Shown: positions 1-8,879, counted from the stretch's first letter. The stretch is 32,193 bases of DNA from Patescibacteria group bacterium (GCA_034660735.1 JAYEJQ010000073.1:1-32193); one strand, 5' to 3'. The notes: generated by a model not told the origin, from the sequence alone. Numbers and translations are program-made.

Positions 1-97
1 GCGAGCAGCGGGGTAAAAAGACCGCTTTTGTGTTTATGGATTTCAACCATACCTCAAACAAAAAATTCAAGGGTTAGGTTTTTGAATTGTTGGCTGT

Positions 98-125
98 AGC
101 ATAACAAAAAATGTAAAAAAGTCAA
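98..125 (-). promoter_or_regulatory. Sigma70-type promoter firing towards the left window edge
   Basis: Minus strand TTGACT (125-120), 16-nt spacer, extended -10 TGtTATGCT (hexamer 103-98). Lies within the 34-bp direct repeat shared with 734-767. Confidence 0.6.
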
Positions 126-138
126 TAAAAAAACCGCT
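105..138. repeat. 34-bp direct repeat, copy 1
   Basis: CAAAAAATGTAAAAAAGTCAATAAAAAAACCGCT, identical to 734-767. Confidence 0.95.
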
Positions 139-166
139 TCGTGATATCGCGAAACGATTTTATTTT
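127..166 (-). terminator. Probable intrinsic terminator downstream of hicA
   Basis: Imperfect stem AAACCGCTTCGTGA-TA-TCGCGAAACGATTT followed by a T7 run on the minus strand. Confidence 0.5.
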
Positions 167-223
167 CAACTACAAAAATTAACAATTAAATTTTTAATGT
201 GTTTTAATTATTCAAAAACAACT

Positions 224-445
224 TTATAAATTTAAAAAATCGTCTCTGTTTATCCCTAACTGTTTTAGAATTTCTTTAATAATGGGAATTCCGATATCTT
301 TATTGCCATGCGTATTTGGAATAAATATTTTATGGTTTGCTTTCATTAAATATTCGTGCCTTGTCGCTGGAAACGGACCCGTAAATCCTAATTTTCTTAA
401 TTTTTTTATTAGTATTTTGCGTTGCAATGGAATAATCCTAGACAT
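224..445 (-). CDS. hicA: HicA-family mRNA interferase toxin
   Basis: 73 aa, basic. Pattern LIKKLRKLGF...TRHEYL...IPNTHGNKDIG...IKEILKQLGI with the conserved His retained. Overlaps the hicB stop. Confidence 0.85.
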   Translation of the reverse strand: MSRIIPLQRKILIKKLRKLGFTGPFPATRHEYLMKANHKIFIPNTHGNKDIGIPIIKEILKQLGINRDDFLNL

Positions 446-695
446 AGGATAATTTATTTATATGAACCATTTTGTTAAAATCCGGCAATTTATGATTTTT
501 TTGCAAACTAACAATTAAATAATCTTCAATTACTTCGGCTACTTGCTGTCTTGCTTCTTCAACAGTATCAGCCTGCGCGAATACGCCCGGAAGTTCTTTC
601 AATATCGCGCACCAACTTTTTGTTTCTTGGTCGTATTCATATCTGACTTTTTTTAACATTTGCTCTATATAATTGTTAATAAATAGATTAAGCAT
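438..695 (-). CDS. hicB: HicB-family antitoxin (short form, no obvious DNA-binding domain)
   Basis: ELPGVFAQADTVEEARQQVAEVIEDYL matches the HicB P-G-x-x-x-Q-G/A-x-T-x-E-E-A motif. Upstream of hicA. Confidence 0.85.
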   Translation of the reverse strand: MLNLFINNYIEQMLKKVRYEYDQETKSWCAILKELPGVFAQADTVEEARQQVAEVIEDYLIVSLQKNHKLPDFNKMVHINKLSYV

Positions 696-726
696 AATTT
701 TAATTATTTTTTTAATTATTAATTTT

Positions 727-754
727 AGAATAGCAAAAAATGTAAAAAAGTCAA
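727..754 (-). promoter_or_regulatory. Sigma70-type promoter of hicBA
   Basis: Minus strand TTGACT (754-749), 16-nt spacer, TGcTATTCT (hexamer 732-727), about 30 nt upstream of the hicB ATG. Confidence 0.6.
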
Positions 755-767
755 TAAAAAAACCGCT
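734..767. repeat. 34-bp direct repeat, copy 2
   Basis: Identical to 105-138. Confidence 0.95.
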
Positions 768-788
768 GGATAAAATCAGCGGTATTTT
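756..788 (-). terminator. Intrinsic terminator after the zeta-like operon
   Basis: ACCGCTG-GATAAAAT-CAGCGGT stem followed by T7 on the minus strand. Confidence 0.65.
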
Positions 789-818
789 AAATTTTTTTTG
801 TTATTTACAATCACAACA

Positions 819-986
819 CTAACAACAATTATTAGCCGTTGCCTTTCCAAACTTCTTATTATATTTTTTAACTAAATCCAATTGATCCTTATTAGCCTTA
901 GCGGCAACCCCGCTAACTATATCTTCCTGTTCTCTAACTGGTAATTTAAAAAAATCATTCAAACTTATTTTTTTATTATTTTTCAT
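819..986 (-). CDS. Small protein (55 aa), putative partner/antitoxin of the zeta-like kinase; absent from the ORF track
   Basis: Hand-translated: MKNNKKISLNDFFKLPVREQEDIVSGVAAKANKDQLDLVKKYNKKFGKATANNCC*. Its ATG overlaps the last 11 nt of the zeta gene and a terminator follows. Confidence 0.7.
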   Translation of the reverse strand: MKNNKKISLNDFFKLPVREQEDIVSGVAAKANKDQLDLVKKYNKKFGKATANNCC

Positions 987-1689
987 ATTTTGTATTTTCT
1001 AATATTTTGTTTAATTTTTCTTCAGAATACTTCATTTTTAAGTAACTGTCAATATGAACATCCAAATAGGATTCCTTAATATTATTACTATAATCTTTAA
1101 TTACTAAATAAACTTTTACTTTATCTTTAAAAATGGATTTAATTTTTATAACATTGTTTTTAGCGTCAAGAAATGATTTAATAAACACTTCTTTGGGAAC
1201 ATTTCTGCCTTCTATTTTTTCCCTTTTTTTGGTAAATTCCCAAGCGACTAACGGATTTTGATAAATATAATGTATTGCAACTTCCCTGTTTTTATTGACT
1301 GATCTCTCAATATTGCGATAAACAATATCAAATTTCGCGAAAGTGCCGTCTAATAATAAATTGTATCTTTTTTTTAAAACATAACTGTAAAGTATATCAA
1401 CTCCTATGGAAGCCGCTCCTTGCACCACGAAAGAATTCGCCCCATTATATTGCGGGATTATTTCCCTAATATCATCAGCGTCAATTCTTATTATATCGCT
1501 ATCAAATTCTTCAATAAATCTTTTAGAATATTCCGTTTTCCCAGCGCCAGGTGAACCAGCCATAAATAATGAAATCGGTTTTTTATTTGGCTTGAAAATT
1601 TTCTCGCTTGCAAATTTTTCACACAGCAAACTTTTATTCTTTTTTATAAATTTTTTAGCGTCTTCGCTGTCTTTTAATAATTTGCTCAT
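976..1689 (-). CDS. Zeta toxin/PezT-like P-loop kinase
   Basis: MAGSPGAGKT Walker A, RIDADDIR, LLLDGTF and REKIEGRNVP motifs typical of the Zeta_toxin family. TGaTATAAT lies 6 nt upstream of the ATG. Confidence 0.85.
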   Translation of the reverse strand: MSKLLKDSEDAKKFIKKNKSLLCEKFASEKIFKPNKKPISLFMAGSPGAGKTEYSKRFIEEFDSDIIRIDADDIREIIPQYNGANSFVVQGAASIGVDILYSYVLKKRYNLLLDGTFAKFDIVYRNIERSVNKNREVAIHYIYQNPLVAWEFTKKREKIEGRNVPKEVFIKSFLDAKNNVIKIKSIFKDKVKVYLVIKDYSNNIKESYLDVHIDSYLKMKYSEEKLNKILENTKYEK

Positions 1690-1809
1690 ATAAATATTAT
1701 ATCACAAATTATTATAAAATAAAATTAAAAATAATTTTTATTACTAATAAAATCTTGATAATATTTTTTTGTTTGCTCTAATATTTAAAGTATTTAATAA
1801 AAAATTTAA

Positions 1810-3255
1810 TTACTGAAAAATGATTTCCCATTTTACAGAATCAGAAGAATCTTGAATTGATACCCCCTTTAATTTTAACTCCTCCTTTATACTGTCGGCT
1901 TTTTTATAATCCTTAACTTTTTTAGCGGATTGACGTTCTTCTAATTTTAAACTAATAAAATCCTCAGTTAGATTCCTTTCTGTTAAAATTTTTTCTTTTA
2001 ACTTTGAAAGATATTCATTTGGGCTATCTTCAAATAGTCTTAAAACAGAAGAAATTTTGTTAAAAATTTGAAAAAAGAATTTAAAGATGTCGCTCTTTTC
2101 TTCAGTAGAATATTTATTGGAATCAATAACCTTATTTAACTCTTTGAATATTTCCGTAATTTCTGAAATTACCCTGGGAGTATTAAAATTATCATCCATT
2201 AACTCATTAAACTTTCCCTCAAAATTAGTAATAATTATAGGAACTTTATCTGAGTCAACTTTATCATCCGCGCCATTGGCAAATTCTTCCATTCGCAAAA
2301 GAGTTGTATAAAAATAATAAAGTCTCTTTCTGGCATTCAAAAATAGATCATCTGAAAAATCTATATCGGAACTATAATTATGGGTCAATATTACATACCT
2401 GATTTCTTCTGGAAAATATTTTTTCAAAGCATCCTTAACTGTCAAAAAATTTCCCAAACTTTTACTCATCTTAGTTCCGTTAATCATTACAAGACCGTTA
2501 TGAACCCAGTATTTTGCAAAAGTTTTGCCCGAATATGCTTCGCTTTGGGCAAGTTCATTTTCATGATGAGGAAATATTAAGTCCAATCCGCCCCCATGAA
2601 TATCTATTTCATCGCCAAGATATTTATGAGCCATTACCGAACATTCAATATGCCACCCAGGCCTGCCTTTTGACCAAGGAGAATCCCAATATGGTTCATC
2701 TGGCTTGCGAGGCTTCCACAAAACAAAATCATTATTATTCTTTTTATTTATAGATTCTTCAGAGTTTATCAAATCTTCTCTTTTTCTATTAGACAACTTA
2801 CCGTATTCAGTAAACTTATCAATATCAAAAAATACTTCACCTTTAATAACATAGGCAAAGCCTTTATTGATAAGAACCTGGATGTACTCTATTATATCAG
2901 TAATACAGTCAGTAACTTTCGGCTCATAGGTAGCGTGCTTTACTTTAAGTTTTTCCAAATCTCCTAAATTTTCCTTGATATAATGCTCGCTTACATCCAT
3001 ACTCTCTATACCCTCCTTGTTCGCTCTTTTAATTATCTTGTCATCCACATCCGTCCAGTTTCTTACATATATAATCTTATATCCAAGATACTCAAAATAA
3101 GCTCTTATAACATCATAAACAACTGCTTGCCTAGCATGTCCGATATGAATTTCATCATAAGGAGTTATGCCACAAGCATACATTTTCAACTCACCTTCTG
3201 AAAGTGGTACAAAATATTCCTTTTTCCTTGTTAAAGAACTGTATATTTTTATCAT
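1810..3255 (-). CDS. cysS: Cysteine--tRNA ligase
   Basis: YACGITPYDEIHIGH (HIGH), GRPGWHIECS, HGGGLDLIFPHHENE, KMSKS. Confidence 0.98.
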   Translation of the reverse strand: MIKIYSSLTRKKEYFVPLSEGELKMYACGITPYDEIHIGHARQAVVYDVIRAYFEYLGYKIIYVRNWTDVDDKIIKRANKEGIESMDVSEHYIKENLGDLEKLKVKHATYEPKVTDCITDIIEYIQVLINKGFAYVIKGEVFFDIDKFTEYGKLSNRKREDLINSEESINKKNNNDFVLWKPRKPDEPYWDSPWSKGRPGWHIECSVMAHKYLGDEIDIHGGGLDLIFPHHENELAQSEAYSGKTFAKYWVHNGLVMINGTKMSKSLGNFLTVKDALKKYFPEEIRYVILTHNYSSDIDFSDDLFLNARKRLYYFYTTLLRMEEFANGADDKVDSDKVPIIITNFEGKFNELMDDNFNTPRVISEITEIFKELNKVIDSNKYSTEEKSDIFKFFFQIFNKISSVLRLFEDSPNEYLSKLKEKILTERNLTEDFISLKLEERQSAKKVKDYKKADSIKEELKLKGVSIQDSSDSVKWEIIFQ

Positions 3256-3347
3256 AATTCTTATTCTTAATTTTTATTTATTATAACTACAATTTAAGAG
3301 ATTTCTCGCCTATTGATTCAAAATGACAAAAAATAAGCATTTCTAAT

Positions 3348-4262
3348 TTAAGCTTTTAGGTATTTTTTCATAGCTACAAAAGATGATAAAGCGTTTATAA
3401 TTATAATCGCTAAAAATTCCAACCCAAAAATAAAAACGAAATTTACTTTAAAATAATTTATTAAATCAAAATCATATTCTAAAAAATAATTAAGATGCGG
3501 CTGCAAAAAATCTATTACTGGGTAAAAAACAGCTATTAAAAGAAAGAAACTTATAATCGCATAAAATAATTCCTCCACTAAAAATGGCGCTCGTATAAAC
3601 CAGTTGCTTGCTCCAACCAATCTCATAATTTTTATCTCATTGCGATGCGTATAGATAGCGATACGAACTGTGTTAAATACGATTAAAGCTGCGATTAACG
3701 CGAAAAAAGCAATAATAAATATTCCTATTTTTTCAATTTTTGTTTTTATTACTGAAATTTTATTGATAATTATTTTGTGATCTGAAAAATCTTTTTTTTC
3801 AATTATTTTATTGTATTCTTCTTTGTCTAAAATTTTTAAAATCTCTGAATAGTCTTCGCTATTTTTTGCTTTGATCACCAAAACACTATTAAAAATATCC
3901 TCTTCTTTTAAAATTTCTATGGATTCTAAAATAGTTAAATCATCTTTATGTCTTTCTTTAAAAAAAGCCAATGACTGATCGCGATCAATTAAATTTACTT
4001 TTTCAACCTTTTCTAAACTTAACAGTTCGGAACGAATTTTAATAATCTGCATATCTTCGGCTTCTGTTTTAAAATATACGCTTATATCAATTTTATCCTC
4101 TATGGATTTAACCGCCTGCGCTGAAATAACATTCAAAATTATCAAAGTTGTTATTGAAAACAACGTAACGACTAATATCGTAATTGTAACAACCGCAAGC
4201 CAAAAATTACGGTAAAAATTCTGAAAAGCGAATTTGATAATTCTAAAAAATGATGAAAACAT
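3348..4262 (-). CDS. ftsX: Cell division permease FtsX
   Basis: N-terminal TM, extracellular domain, NTVRIAIYTHRNEIKIMRLVGASNWFIRAPFLVE signature. Downstream of ftsE. Confidence 0.93.
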   Translation of the reverse strand: MFSSFFRIIKFAFQNFYRNFWLAVVTITILVVTLFSITTLIILNVISAQAVKSIEDKIDISVYFKTEAEDMQIIKIRSELLSLEKVEKVNLIDRDQSLAFFKERHKDDLTILESIEILKEEDIFNSVLVIKAKNSEDYSEILKILDKEEYNKIIEKKDFSDHKIIINKISVIKTKIEKIGIFIIAFFALIAALIVFNTVRIAIYTHRNEIKIMRLVGASNWFIRAPFLVEELFYAIISFFLLIAVFYPVIDFLQPHLNYFLEYDFDLINYFKVNFVFIFGLEFLAIIIINALSSFVAMKKYLKA

Positions 4263-4264
4263 AA

Positions 4265-4330
4265 TGTAAATTTACAATTACCAATTTGGCAATTATCAAT
4301 CAATTTCTAATTCTCTAATTTTCAATTATT
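4265..4330. repeat. Degenerate 7-mer tandem tract (YAATTWY)n
   Basis: CAATTAC CAATTTG GCAATTAT CAAT CAATTTC TAATTCT CTAATTT TCAATT. 4268-4287 is a 19/20 inverted match to 5568-5587. Confidence 0.65.
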
Positions 4331-4341
4331 TAAAATAAATT

Positions 4342-4380
4342 TGTCACCCCGCTGCTCGCGAGCGGCGGGGCAGAATGACA
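4342..4380. repeat. REP-like palindrome, type A (TGTCA...CCCCGCTGCTCGCGAGCRGCGGGG...GAATGACA)
   Basis: GC-rich 24-bp near-perfect palindrome at 4347-4370. Other copies at 1-13 (partial), 6625-6668, 10262-10306 and 28652-28695. Confidence 0.9.
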
Positions 4381-4436
4381 ATATTTTTTGGTATTATTTA
4401 ATCTAAAAAAACTATCACCACTCGCAAAGACAAAAA

Positions 4437-5117
4437 TTAAAGTATATATTTCCCGCGTTTTTTATCGCTTATTATTTCTCCTTTATCAAGGGTGATCACT
4501 CGTTTCTTTAAAGAATTTACAATCTCATGATTATGCGTCACTAAAACAACAGTCGTCCCAAAATCATTTATCCGCAAAAGCATATCAACAATCTCTTGCG
4601 CATTAAAAGAATCTAAATTTCCAGTCGGCTCGTCGGCCAATAAAAGTTTTGGGCGATGAATTAAAGAGCGCGCGATAACAACCCTCTGCTGTTCTCCGCC
4701 TGAAAGATGCCTCGGATATCTGTCCTCTTTATCTTCTAAATCAACAATTCTTAATGCGCTCGGAACAATATGTTTAATTTTTCTATTTGAATCTCCGCAA
4801 ACTTGAGCGGCAAATGCCACATTTTCAAAAACAGTTTTTTGCGGAAGAAGTTTGAAATCCTGAAAAACAACCCCTATTTGCCGTCGCAAAACTGGAATCT
4901 GGCTTCTTTTAATATTCGTAATGTCCCAGCCGCCGATTGTTATCTGCCCTTCCGTAGGACGTTCTTCGGCGATCAACATCTTAATTAAAGTGCTTTTTCC
5001 TGTTCCACTCTGTCCGACAATAGAAACAAATTCCCTCGGTTTAATATGTAAATTAATATTTCTCAGCCCAGTTATATCTCCTAAATAAATTTTTGACAAA
5101 TTTTCTAACTTAACCAT
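4437..5117 (-). CDS. ftsE: Cell division ATP-binding protein FtsE
   Basis: GQSGTGKS Walker A, LRRQIGVVFQDFKLL, LSGGEQQRV, LLLADEPTGNLD. Confidence 0.95.
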   Translation of the reverse strand: MVKLENLSKIYLGDITGLRNINLHIKPREFVSIVGQSGTGKSTLIKMLIAEERPTEGQITIGGWDITNIKRSQIPVLRRQIGVVFQDFKLLPQKTVFENVAFAAQVCGDSNRKIKHIVPSALRIVDLEDKEDRYPRHLSGGEQQRVVIARSLIHRPKLLLADEPTGNLDSFNAQEIVDMLLRINDFGTTVVLVTHNHEIVNSLKKRVITLDKGEIISDKKRGKYIL

Positions 5118-5150
5118 TTATTTAAAATTTTTAATTTTTAATTTTTAATT

Positions 5151-5535
5151 TTAAACTTTAAACTTTTTTTTATCGCCTTGTAGAGTATGAGCTTGAAATG
5201 CATATTCTATGCCTTTTTCATAATTTGTAAAAAGATAATATCCGCTGGATAATAATCCAGAAAAAACAGTAAATTCTATAAAATAAGAATCATCTTTAAA
5301 AATTTTATCAATACCTAAATAATCATCATATACTATTTTTTCAACTTTAAAAGGGCTAAAATTTTGAGTTTTTACTTTAATATCAATATAATTATACCCG
5401 TATTTTTCTTTATCTTGAACCATCTTTATTCCAATAGTTATTTTTAATGGATTATTTTTAACATATAAATAACAAAAAAATATTACTACAAATAATAGCA
5501 AAAAACTAAAAATAATAATTTTTTTTAGAAAGCAT
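5151..5535 (-). CDS. Hypothetical membrane-anchored protein; likely true ATG at 5535 is out of frame because of an A8 tract (in-frame TTG at 5501)
   Basis: ORF 5151-5501. Removing one base from the T8 run at 5519-5526 gives MLSKKIIIFSFLLLFVVIFFCYLYVK..., a typical basic-plus-hydrophobic anchor. Confidence 0.55.
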
Positions 5536-5589
5536 AATTTAAAATTTAAAAATTAATTGCAAATTGAAAATTGGTAATTGAAAATTTAG

Positions 5590-6594
5590 TTACAGTCCTT
5601 TAAACATCGGCATTCCTGACTGTGGGTTCACTGGAACATAAATTGTGCCTTCGCGGTCTTTTAATTCTTTAATATAAAGATAATTAAGATAATTTGAACT
5701 TAAACTCTCATTGATAATTTTCTGCGCGTCTTTCTGCCCTGCTGCTTCTATTCTTTTTCTTTCCGCTTCTTTTTCCTCTTTCTGTAAAATAAATTCGTAT
5801 CTCTGCGATTCCTGTTCAGCTGTCAATTTTTCCTGAATAGCGTTTGAAAGTTTTGCCGGCAACTTTATATTCCTCAGTAAAACTTCCTCAACAATAATTC
5901 CGCGTGTGTCAATATCCTTTTTTAATCTTTCTAAAATTTTGATTGACGCTTCCTGCCTTTTTTCTGAATAAATATCTCTTGCTTTATAGTTCGCAACTAC
6001 TTCCCTAATTCCGCTCCTAATTCCTGGGCGGATTATTTTTTCTTCATAATTCAGCCCTAAATCTTTAAAAACATTTGACGCTTTGTTTTCATCTAAATGA
6101 TATAAAACCGTAATGTCTAAATCAACTTCCAACCCTTCTTCAGTTAATGCCCTAATCGCGTCCGCTGACTTTATCTTGCCTTCGCCTTTTACAATACTCA
6201 TTGTGTATTCTTCTGTGCGGATGCTCATTTTGGTGATTTTCGCAATCGGGTTTTTAAGATGAATTCCTGAACTAAATTCTTTCTCCTTGACTTTTCCAAA
6301 AAGATGATAGACGCCTGTTTCGCCTGCTGGAATAACCACTATTGATATCGCTAAAATAATTATTAGTAAAACCGCCGCAGCGATAATCCTTCCAGCGTTT
6401 TTAAATTTTCCCAAATCTATATTCGGGTTGATATTTATTGTTTGATTATCCATAGTATGTTTTTTAATGCTCTTAAAAATAGCAAAAACAACTGCGCCAA
6501 TAATAATTATTGGCAGTATATTTTTACCAAAAAGAGGCATAATTAAAAAAAATAAAAATATTAAAGGTATTAATTTTGATAATTTATCCTGCAT
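5590..6594 (-). CDS. SPFH/prohibitin (band 7) family membrane protein
   Basis: TM segments then VVIPAGETGVYHLFG, LDITVLY, IIRPGIRSGIREVVA, VLLRNIKLP and coiled coil EKEAERKRIEAAG. Confidence 0.9.
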   Translation of the reverse strand: MQDKLSKLIPLIFLFFLIMPLFGKNILPIIIIGAVVFAIFKSIKKHTMDNQTININPNIDLGKFKNAGRIIAAAVLLIIILAISIVVIPAGETGVYHLFGKVKEKEFSSGIHLKNPIAKITKMSIRTEEYTMSIVKGEGKIKSADAIRALTEEGLEVDLDITVLYHLDENKASNVFKDLGLNYEEKIIRPGIRSGIREVVANYKARDIYSEKRQEASIKILERLKKDIDTRGIIVEEVLLRNIKLPAKLSNAIQEKLTAEQESQRYEFILQKEEKEAERKRIEAAGQKDAQKIINESLSSNYLNYLYIKELKDREGTIYVPVNPQSGMPMFKGL

Positions 6595-6624
6595 ATTAAA
6601 CTTTTTCTATTCTATATTAAATTT

Positions 6625-6668
6625 TGTCACCCTACCCCGCTGCTCGCGAGCGGCGGGGCGGAATGACA
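6625..6668. repeat. REP-like palindrome, type A
   Basis: TGTCACCCTA-CCCCGCTGCTCGCGAGCGGCGGGG-CGGAATGACA. Confidence 0.9.
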
Positions 6669-6698
6669 AATTTTTTATATAAATATATTTAATTAAAA

Positions 6699-7763
6699 TT
6701 ATTCTCCCGCCTTTTTTTCTAATAAAATAGTCTGGGTTGGAAACGCTATTTCAATCCCTTCTTGATTGAATTTCTCTATAATCTTTAAATTTATGCTTTG
6801 TTGCGTATCCATAAAAACAGTGTAATCGCCAGACAAAATATAATAAACAATTTGAAATGTTAAACTATAATCCCCAAAACTATTAAAATGGACCCTGCTA
6901 TATTCCGCGTTCTCTTGTTTCTCAATAATCTCTTTAATCATCTTTGGAATATTTTTTAACTTTTCAGGCGAAGTGCTATAACTTACTCCTATGTGGTGCA
7001 AATTTCGCCTCTTTTCCATAACTCCAAAATTTCTTATCTGCGATTTTGTTAATTCGCTGTTTGAAACAACAAGTTCTTCGCCTTGCGGAGTCTGAATTCT
7101 CGTTGTTTTAATTCCAATTTTTTTCACGCTTCCCATTTTGTCGCCTAAAACAATAAAATCTCCTACTTTAAACGGTTTGTCAAAATAGATTGAAAAAGAG
7201 CTAAAAAGATCGCCTAAAATATTTTGAAGCGCTAAAGCAACCGCAATTCCGCCAATTCCCATTCCAGCTATCAATGAACTAACATTTACGCCAAGATTAG
7301 AAAGAATAAACAAAAATCCAACTACCCAAAGAATTACTTTAAAAACGCCGCTTAACATTTGCGCCGCGGATTTTGTTGCTTCATCTTCTTCATCTCCCAT
7401 CTTTTTGCGGACAATATAATTTATTAAAATCTGAACAGCAATCATTATCTGATAAATCACCCAAACTAAAAGGGCTATATATAAAACTTTTGAGGCAATC
7501 TCGCTTAAAGTTAAAAATTGCAAAGCAAAATAAAAGGCTAAAAAAGAATAGAATGGCGGTTTCAGAGTATTCACAATTTCAATCAAAGTGTCGTCAATAT
7601 CTGTTTTGGTTTTTAGCGCTAATTTCTTTAATTTTTTTAAAATAATTGTCTGAAATAATTTTAGAATTATTAAAAACACGAAAAACGCAAAAATAGCGAT
7701 CAAAAAATCCTGAATAATATTTCCTAAAAATTCTACTTGTAAAAAATTTTGCTGATTATCCAT
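6699..7763 (-). CDS. mscS: Small-conductance mechanosensitive channel family protein
   Basis: AGMGIGGIAVALALQNILGDLFSS, DKPFKVGDFI, GSVKKIGIKTTRI, GIEIAFPTQ. Confidence 0.93.
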   Translation of the reverse strand: MDNQQNFLQVEFLGNIIQDFLIAIFAFFVFLIILKLFQTIILKKLKKLALKTKTDIDDTLIEIVNTLKPPFYSFLAFYFALQFLTLSEIASKVLYIALLVWVIYQIMIAVQILINYIVRKKMGDEEDEATKSAAQMLSGVFKVILWVVGFLFILSNLGVNVSSLIAGMGIGGIAVALALQNILGDLFSSFSIYFDKPFKVGDFIVLGDKMGSVKKIGIKTTRIQTPQGEELVVSNSELTKSQIRNFGVMEKRRNLHHIGVSYSTSPEKLKNIPKMIKEIIEKQENAEYSRVHFNSFGDYSLTFQIVYYILSGDYTVFMDTQQSINLKIIEKFNQEGIEIAFPTQTILLEKKAGE

Positions 7764-7811
7764 AAGTTTTACGATTATTTATATAATAACAAACTTTAAA
7801 AAAATGGCAAA

Positions 7812-8777
7812 TTACCGCAAGCCAACTAATTTTCTAACTTTTTTCATTGTTTCGCGCGAGATCTCCCGCGCTTTTTTTCCGCCGTCTCCTAACACTTTTT
7901 GGACATAATTTTCATCTGCGTCAAACTCTTTTTTCTTTTCTCTGATCTGTTTTAATTCTTTATTTATATTTTCCGCTAAAATTTCTTTTGATTCTTTGTA
8001 ACTAATTTTTCCACTTATGTATCTCTCCGCAATTTCGTCTAAACCGCTTTTTGAAAAATGCTTATGCAAAGCGAAAATAGCGCATTCATTAGGATTTTTT
8101 GGCTCTTCAGGGCGGCGAGAATCTGTCTTAATTGACATCACCTTTTTTATAGTCTGCTCTTCGCTTTCAAATAAACCAATAACATTATTATAACTTTTGC
8201 TCATTTTTCTTCCGTCCAATCCGATTATCGTCTCAACCTCCTTGCGAATTATCTCCTGCGGCTCAATAAAAATCTTACCAAACTTGCTATTAAACTTTTG
8301 CGCGATTATTCGCGCCATCTCAATATGCTGTTTTTGGTCTTTTCCAACTGGGACAACATTTATTTTGTAAATCAAAATATCAGCCGCCATTAAAAGCGGA
8401 TAATTAAAAACTCCCGCGTTTATGCTCTTGTTTTTATCTCTCGCGTCTTTATACGCGTGCGCTCTTTCCAATATCGGCATCGGCATCAAAGATCCGAAAA
8501 TCCATGAAAGTTCGCAAACTTCTGGAACATCTGACTGCTTGAAAATAATCGTTTTTTCTGGATTTAACCCAAGCGCTAAAATCGCTTTTCCTGCGTCTAA
8601 ACTTAATCGCGATAATTTTTCAGCGTCCTGAACACTATTTAAAGCATGATAATCTGGGATAAAAATAAATGACTCGTATTTTTCTTCCAACTCTAAAAGA
8701 TGCTTCATTGCTCCAAGATAATTGCCAAGATGAATATCCCCTGAGGGCTTAAAACCAGTAATCAATCTCTGTTTCAT
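7812..8777 (-). CDS. trpS: Tryptophan--tRNA ligase
   Basis: TGFKPSGDIHLGNYLGA, YPLLMAADIL, VPVGKDQKQH, KMSKSYNN. Confidence 0.98.
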   Translation of the reverse strand: MKQRLITGFKPSGDIHLGNYLGAMKHLLELEEKYESFIFIPDYHALNSVQDAEKLSRLSLDAGKAILALGLNPEKTIIFKQSDVPEVCELSWIFGSLMPMPILERAHAYKDARDKNKSINAGVFNYPLLMAADILIYKINVVPVGKDQKQHIEMARIIAQKFNSKFGKIFIEPQEIIRKEVETIIGLDGRKMSKSYNNVIGLFESEEQTIKKVMSIKTDSRRPEEPKNPNECAIFALHKHFSKSGLDEIAERYISGKISYKESKEILAENINKELKQIREKKKEFDADENYVQKVLGDGGKKAREISRETMKKVRKLVGLR

Positions 8778-8879
8778 AAAATTATACTTTATATTCTTAT
8801 TATTTTATTTTAAACTTTATTTAATTATATTGCAAATAAAAATTTTGTTAAGTAAAAATTTTTTGCTATAATAAATTTT

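Noticed and set aside
1810-3255. cysS as a horizontally acquired gene (seems poorer in GCG/CGC than neighbours, next to TA genes)
   Set aside because: Impression only. It needs codon-usage statistics and a phylogeny.
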